Positions 59,985 to 64,000 of a stretch of 64,000 nt of DNA are shown here, in pieces; position 1 is the first letter of the stretch; the number at the start of each line of letters is the position of its first letter. Source of the DNA: Lama guanicoe. Taxonomy: Eukaryota. Made by a program: the position numbers and the translations under genes. The notes under the pieces were generated by a model. That model was not told the origin of the DNA. It did not search any database and worked only from the letters and a program-made list of their open reading frames with translations. The DNA lies in the NCBI GenBank assembly GCA_013239625.1, contig MU053933.1:436001-500000 (forward strand), written 5' to 3'.

Positions 59985-60600
59985 TTTGGCGGCGGCGCGG
60001 CGGCTCGCGCCCAGGACCTGTGCGTGCTGGCGCGCCCTGCCGCTGAGCGGCACCTGCCCCCAGTCGGCCTGTTAAAGGACCGGAAGGAAGTGTGTCAGCG
60101 AGCGAACGCGCACGCCGGGCGGCGGCCGCCCGGGGGACTGTGTGCTCTCTGCTGAGCTGCCCGGGGTTTCATCTGTTTTCCGCAGTAAACCTGCGTTACC
60201 AGTCAGGTGACCAAGCGGAGAGATAAACGGAGAGCGGCTGCTGGGGTCCCTCTGCCCGAGCCCGGGGCTGGGTGGGGTCCCTCCGGCCTGCTGGCCTCCA
60301 GGGAGCTGAGGGGCTGCTGCCCCACGCCCCGGCCCCACCCCCTCCCCGGCAGAACGTCGGAGCCGCTCTGGCTCCCGAACCCGGGAGTCCGGCTGTCGCT
60401 TGAGCACGGAACTTCGCTCCCCGAGGCGCGCCTGCCCCGTCGGGCGGCCGCGGAGGGCCTCCGGACTAGCTTTCTAAATGCCGTGCAGATTACGACGAGT
60501 GCGAGAGGAGGGAGGACGACTGCGGACCGGGCTCCGCCTGCCGCAACTCCCTGGGGTCGTTCACCTGCAGCTGCGGGGGAGGCGCCCCCGGCGTCCCCGT
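59985..60600. promoter_or_regulatory. Intragenic CpG-island-like region overlapping exon 15
   Basis: Visibly very high GC and CpG density (not computed); ETS- and E2F-like motifs. Confidence 0.65.
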
Positions 60601-60626
60601 AGAATATTCTGGAAGACCCTGTGAAG
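60489..60626 (+). CDS. UMODL1: UMODL1 exon 15: calcium-binding EGF-like domain 3
   Basis: DYDECERREDDCGPGSACRNSLGSFTCSC...RPCE, read by hand; GCAG acceptor, GTAAGA donor; 138 nt. Confidence 0.94.
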
Positions 60627-60751
60627 GTAAGAGTCTCAGGACCCCTTGTCCGGAATACTGTCGGGTAGTCTGTTCTTTTAAGGATATTCACCCCAAAAGT
60701 GTGTCTTGCAAATGAGGTCAGCATATTTTTGTGTCCCGGGCAAGTCTCCTA

Positions 60752-60781
60752 GCGTGTGTGTGCGCGCGCGCGCGCGCACGC
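60752..60781. repeat. (GT)n(GC)8 alternating purine-pyrimidine tract
   Basis: gcgtgtgtgt-(gc)8-acgc. Confidence 0.95.
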
Positions 60782-61458
60782 TCACATGCATGTGGTTATG
60801 TGGGTACGTGTGCCTGTGCGTGCCTGTGCCTCCCTAGCCCTCCGTACCCCTCCAGCCTTCCGGGTGGTGCCCGCAAGCACTTCTCCTGACGCCTGTGCTG
60901 AGAAAACGCACACACGTCAACTCAGGTGTGTCCTCTCAGATGCTAGAAGATGATCTTGCCCGAGTGACAGACAACACATGGAAATGTTTCTACTCGGCCG
61001 CACTTTCCACTCCACACTTTTTCCATTAATTGGAGCTTTTGGGGATTCAGTGTTGACCCTGAGATGACCCCTGCCATCTAGGCTCGAGGGTCCTGAGAGT
61101 AAACTTCATTAACCCATTTTAGAGCTAAGACTCGGGGCCCCGGGGGCAGATGGCTGATCCCAAGTCAGTGGGTCCGGCGCCTGCCCAATGTCGGGCTGGA
61201 GAGGCTGGGAGGGCGGAGGGCGTCTCAGTTCCCCTGCCCACGGGGGCCACGGGGGCCACGTGTGCCACGCCAGGCCCCGCTGCCTGGGCTGGCAGGAACA
61301 TGCAACACGCGTGTGTGTGGCCGTGCTGGCACGTGCAGCCCCAGGTGTGCACGTCTGCTGTCCAACCGGCCCCTCAGTGCCCACCTCCCCAGCTGGGCTC
61401 ACCTGGTGGTCCCAAAACACAGACCCACCCTATGCTTTTCTCTCCTCATGCCTTGCAG

Positions 61459-61760
61459 GCGACCCCTCTGGCAACACGACCCGGCCCCCTACCGCGGCAG
61501 GAACTGGGACTGTCTCTGCGCAGGGGCCCCACCTGACTCCCCAGGGCCTGCCCCCACGGCTGAACCTGACCGGAGCGGTCAAGGTGCTCTGTGAGATCGA
61601 GAAGGTGGCCATCGCCATCCAGAAGCGCTTCCTGCAGCAGGAGTCCATCCCCGAGTCCTCCCTGTACCTGGGCCACCCATCCTGTGGCGTCAGCGACCGC
61701 AACAGCACGCACGTGATTCTGGTGGCTGCGTGGAACGAGTGTGGGACCGTCGTGCAGAGC
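61459..61760 (+). CDS. UMODL1: UMODL1 exon 16: linker and start of the ZP domain
   Basis: GDPSGNTT...RLNLTGAVKVLCEIEKVAIAIQKRFLQQESIPESSLYLGHPSC...WNECGTVVQS; GCAG acceptor, GTGAGG donor; 302 nt. Confidence 0.94.
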
Positions 61761-62064
61761 GTGAGGCCAGGCCCGGACCGCTGTGGGGGCGCGGGGAGGC
61801 GGCATCCGGGGGTCTGCATCTCAACATGGGGAGGGGCCGCGTCCAGCCCAGGGGCCCCAGAAGACTTAGCACCCTGAGGTCTCTGACTCTAAGTGGGGGA
61901 CCCAGTAAAGGGTCAGGATAGGGCTGAGCTCTCGCCGGGAACCAGGCTGCCCTGCTGCAGGGATTCTGGTGCAAAGTCAGGGTTTGAAAAATCCTCCCAG
62001 AGAAGTGGTGCACAGGCAGGATGGGGAGCCAGAGGGGGAGGGGACAGGGCAGGGAAGCCGGGAG

Positions 62065-62212
62065 CCTGCGTGTGTCCGAGTGTGCATTTGTGTGCACGTG
62101 TGTATGTGTATAAGAACGTGTCTGTGTGCACGTGCGCGGACGAGTATGAGCGTGTGTGTGCATGTGGTGGGTGTCTGTGAAGTATGTGTGAAGGGCCGTG
62201 TGTGCGCGTGCG
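62065..62212. repeat. Decayed (GT)-rich simple repeat
   Basis: Direct reading. Confidence 0.8.
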
Positions 62213-64000
62213 GGGTGGGGATGTGGGCGGCGCCATCAGCAGCACCTGGCCTCAGGGTTGTGGCCCCATCAGAAATCTCTTTATTCGAGGGTCTTTCCTC
62301 CTCCGTGCAGTGGTGCGAGGGGGACTGTCCTGGCGGGGGGGCACTCACACCCCACCTGCAGAGAGGGGCTCTGGTTTGTCCCCTGCTCGCTGTGGTGACT
62401 CTGGGCCAGGGCTCCCAGGCCCCTGTCAGCATCTCGGATTTGCAGCATCCAACAGGTGGTCCATCCTGCTCCTCCAAAGGCTGTCTCTAGGCCTTGGTTA
62501 CACTCCGGCTTCCCAGCTGTCCTCCTCAGCCCCACACTCAGCCACTGGGCACGAAGCCTCTGTTGTCAGGGCCATGCCCGGCAGCGGGGCAGCCCCTTCC
62601 AGGGTTCAGCCGGCACCCAGCACTGGGGGCAGCAGAAGCAGCACCGGGTGGGGCTGTCCCTGGAGGAACGTGCGGTCCTGGGACAGCAGGTGCCATCACC
62701 TGCCAGTACAGGGTGCGGCCAGGCCAGCGCTGGGCCCACAGCCCGGCATCGGGCAGGGATGCTTTCGGAAGACGACTGTGAAAGGAGGCTGAAACGTCCC
62801 AAGGGGCTTACGGTGCAGGGACCGCGAGTGTGGCTGGGGGAATGTGTGCTGGGGGCCGGAGTAGGGAGCCTGGACATGGGGGAGGAATTGCTAGGTAGGG
62901 GGTGTCCAGGTGGTGGGGCCAGCGGGGCAGCTGGGCTCTGGGAGGAGGGGTCCTAGGTTGGAGGTGGGCCGGGGGTGGGTCTCAGCAGGGGGCCCGGGCC
63001 GCTGCGGGCAGGTTGTTCTCATCAAGGATGTTGTGCCACTGGGCGGGGAGGGCCCGAGGGCCTTCAACCTTGTTTAGGAACAGGGGTGGGGAGGGTATCA
63101 GGCCCTGAGGACCCCAGGAGCTGCTGGCTGGGTGTTGAGCACCCCCAGTCACCCCAGACCAGGAATTAATATCCACATTTAGCCAATGGGACCTGGAGGC
63201 TCAGAAAGGTTGGGGTGGGGAGCAAGGTCAATGTCACACTGCCTCTGAGGAGCAGCCCTGTGCCCTCTGTGACTGCCTCTGCAGGGGCCTCCTTGGCGCA
63301 GGGTGGGCGGGAGACCCTCACCCTCCGAGCCTCTGGCTGGAGCCCTCGGCGAGTTCCCTGGTGGAGGCCGGGCCTGGGGCCGAGGGCGGGCCAAGCGGCT
63401 ACCGGGTCAGCGTGGATGGACACGTGGGCCTGGCTGGCCTCCCTCGAGCGTGAATCCACTTTCCCCTTGGGGGCCCTCAGGCCACAGACACGGTCCTTGG
63501 GTTGAAGGACCAACTGGGACGTTTCCAGTGTCCACAGCCTTCATCGGCCCCACTCCAACCCCTCCAACCAGCACAGCTGGAAAAAAACCATCAGGGTTTT
63601 GCTTCCCTTTCTTAACGATCTCTAAGCCTGCCACCTGGAGGTGGGCACACGGGGAGGGGGGCTGGCAGCCTTGAGGGGGCAGCTTCCCTTCTGAGCTGGC
63701 GTCTGAGCACAAGCCGGGCTGGGGTGCGGCGTGGGCAGAGCTGCCCCCGCAGTTCTCAGGCCCGCACGGACGCGGGGCTGGTAGACTGTAAGTGAAAGGT
63801 GCTGGAGGCAAGGCCGCTCCTGCCCGCGGCGCTCAGGCGCGGGGGGCGCCAGGCTGTCCCCCGGTGAGTCAGCACCTCCTGCAGACGGGCGGGTGGGCCG
63901 AGGGCGAGGCGCCGACGTGGGCTCTCCTGCTCGCTGTTTTTCTGAGCTAGACAAACACCTGGTTTAGCAATTAAATTCAGTAGGATTCAGGGCCGTACAG

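Larger units (their letters stand above)
18961..61760 (+). other. UMODL1: UMODL1 gene span, coding exons 1-16; 3' end lies outside the window
   Basis: 16 exons with GT-AG boundaries and compatible phases give 3279 nt with no stop. The translation follows uromodulin-like 1 (MLRTLGLALL...EKGLSLL...DCCEGYEQLGLYC...LCEIEKV...QKRFLQQESIPESSLYL). Confidence 0.96.

Noticed and set aside
61761..64000. Further ZP or transmembrane exons, or a stop codon
   Set aside because: I found no ZP-like frame with splice sites. The gene continues past the window edge, so this is not evidence of pseudogenisation.

Overview
Mammalian genomic DNA, GC-rich. The L1 3' ends look cetartiodactyl and I see no Alu, Bov-A/BovB or PRE1 SINEs, so a camelid is my best guess. 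The window holds ~19 kb of upstream sequence plus the first 16 coding exons of UMODL1 (uromodulin-like 1/olfactorin) on the + strand. The ATG is at 18961 and the last exon seen ends at 61760. The exons join through GT-AG introns into an uninterrupted 3279-nt (1093-codon) frame: signal peptide, EMI, WAP, an unassigned segment, cbEGF, FN3, SEA, cbEGF, a P/T/S-rich linker, FN3, SEA, cbEGF and the start of the ZP domain. The rest of the ZP domain and the TM segment lie beyond the window. Other sequence is intron or intergenic, with many MLT1/MaLR solo LTRs, L1/L2/MIR fragments, DNA transposon fragments and microsatellites. I find no evidence of a new multi-gene system. The best leads are: (1) exons 4-5 look like a cryptic third SEA domain; (2) exon 11 is one 597-nt exon lacking the internal splice sites behind the human short isoform; (3) an olfactory-type homeodomain/EBF/NeuroD motif cluster ~4.3 kb upstream; (4) an L1 fragment heavily rewritten from AT to GC next to exon 7; (5) an intragenic CpG island with a (GC)8 tract nearby. 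Repeat family names, repeat boundaries and human comparisons come from recognition and memory, not from a search.
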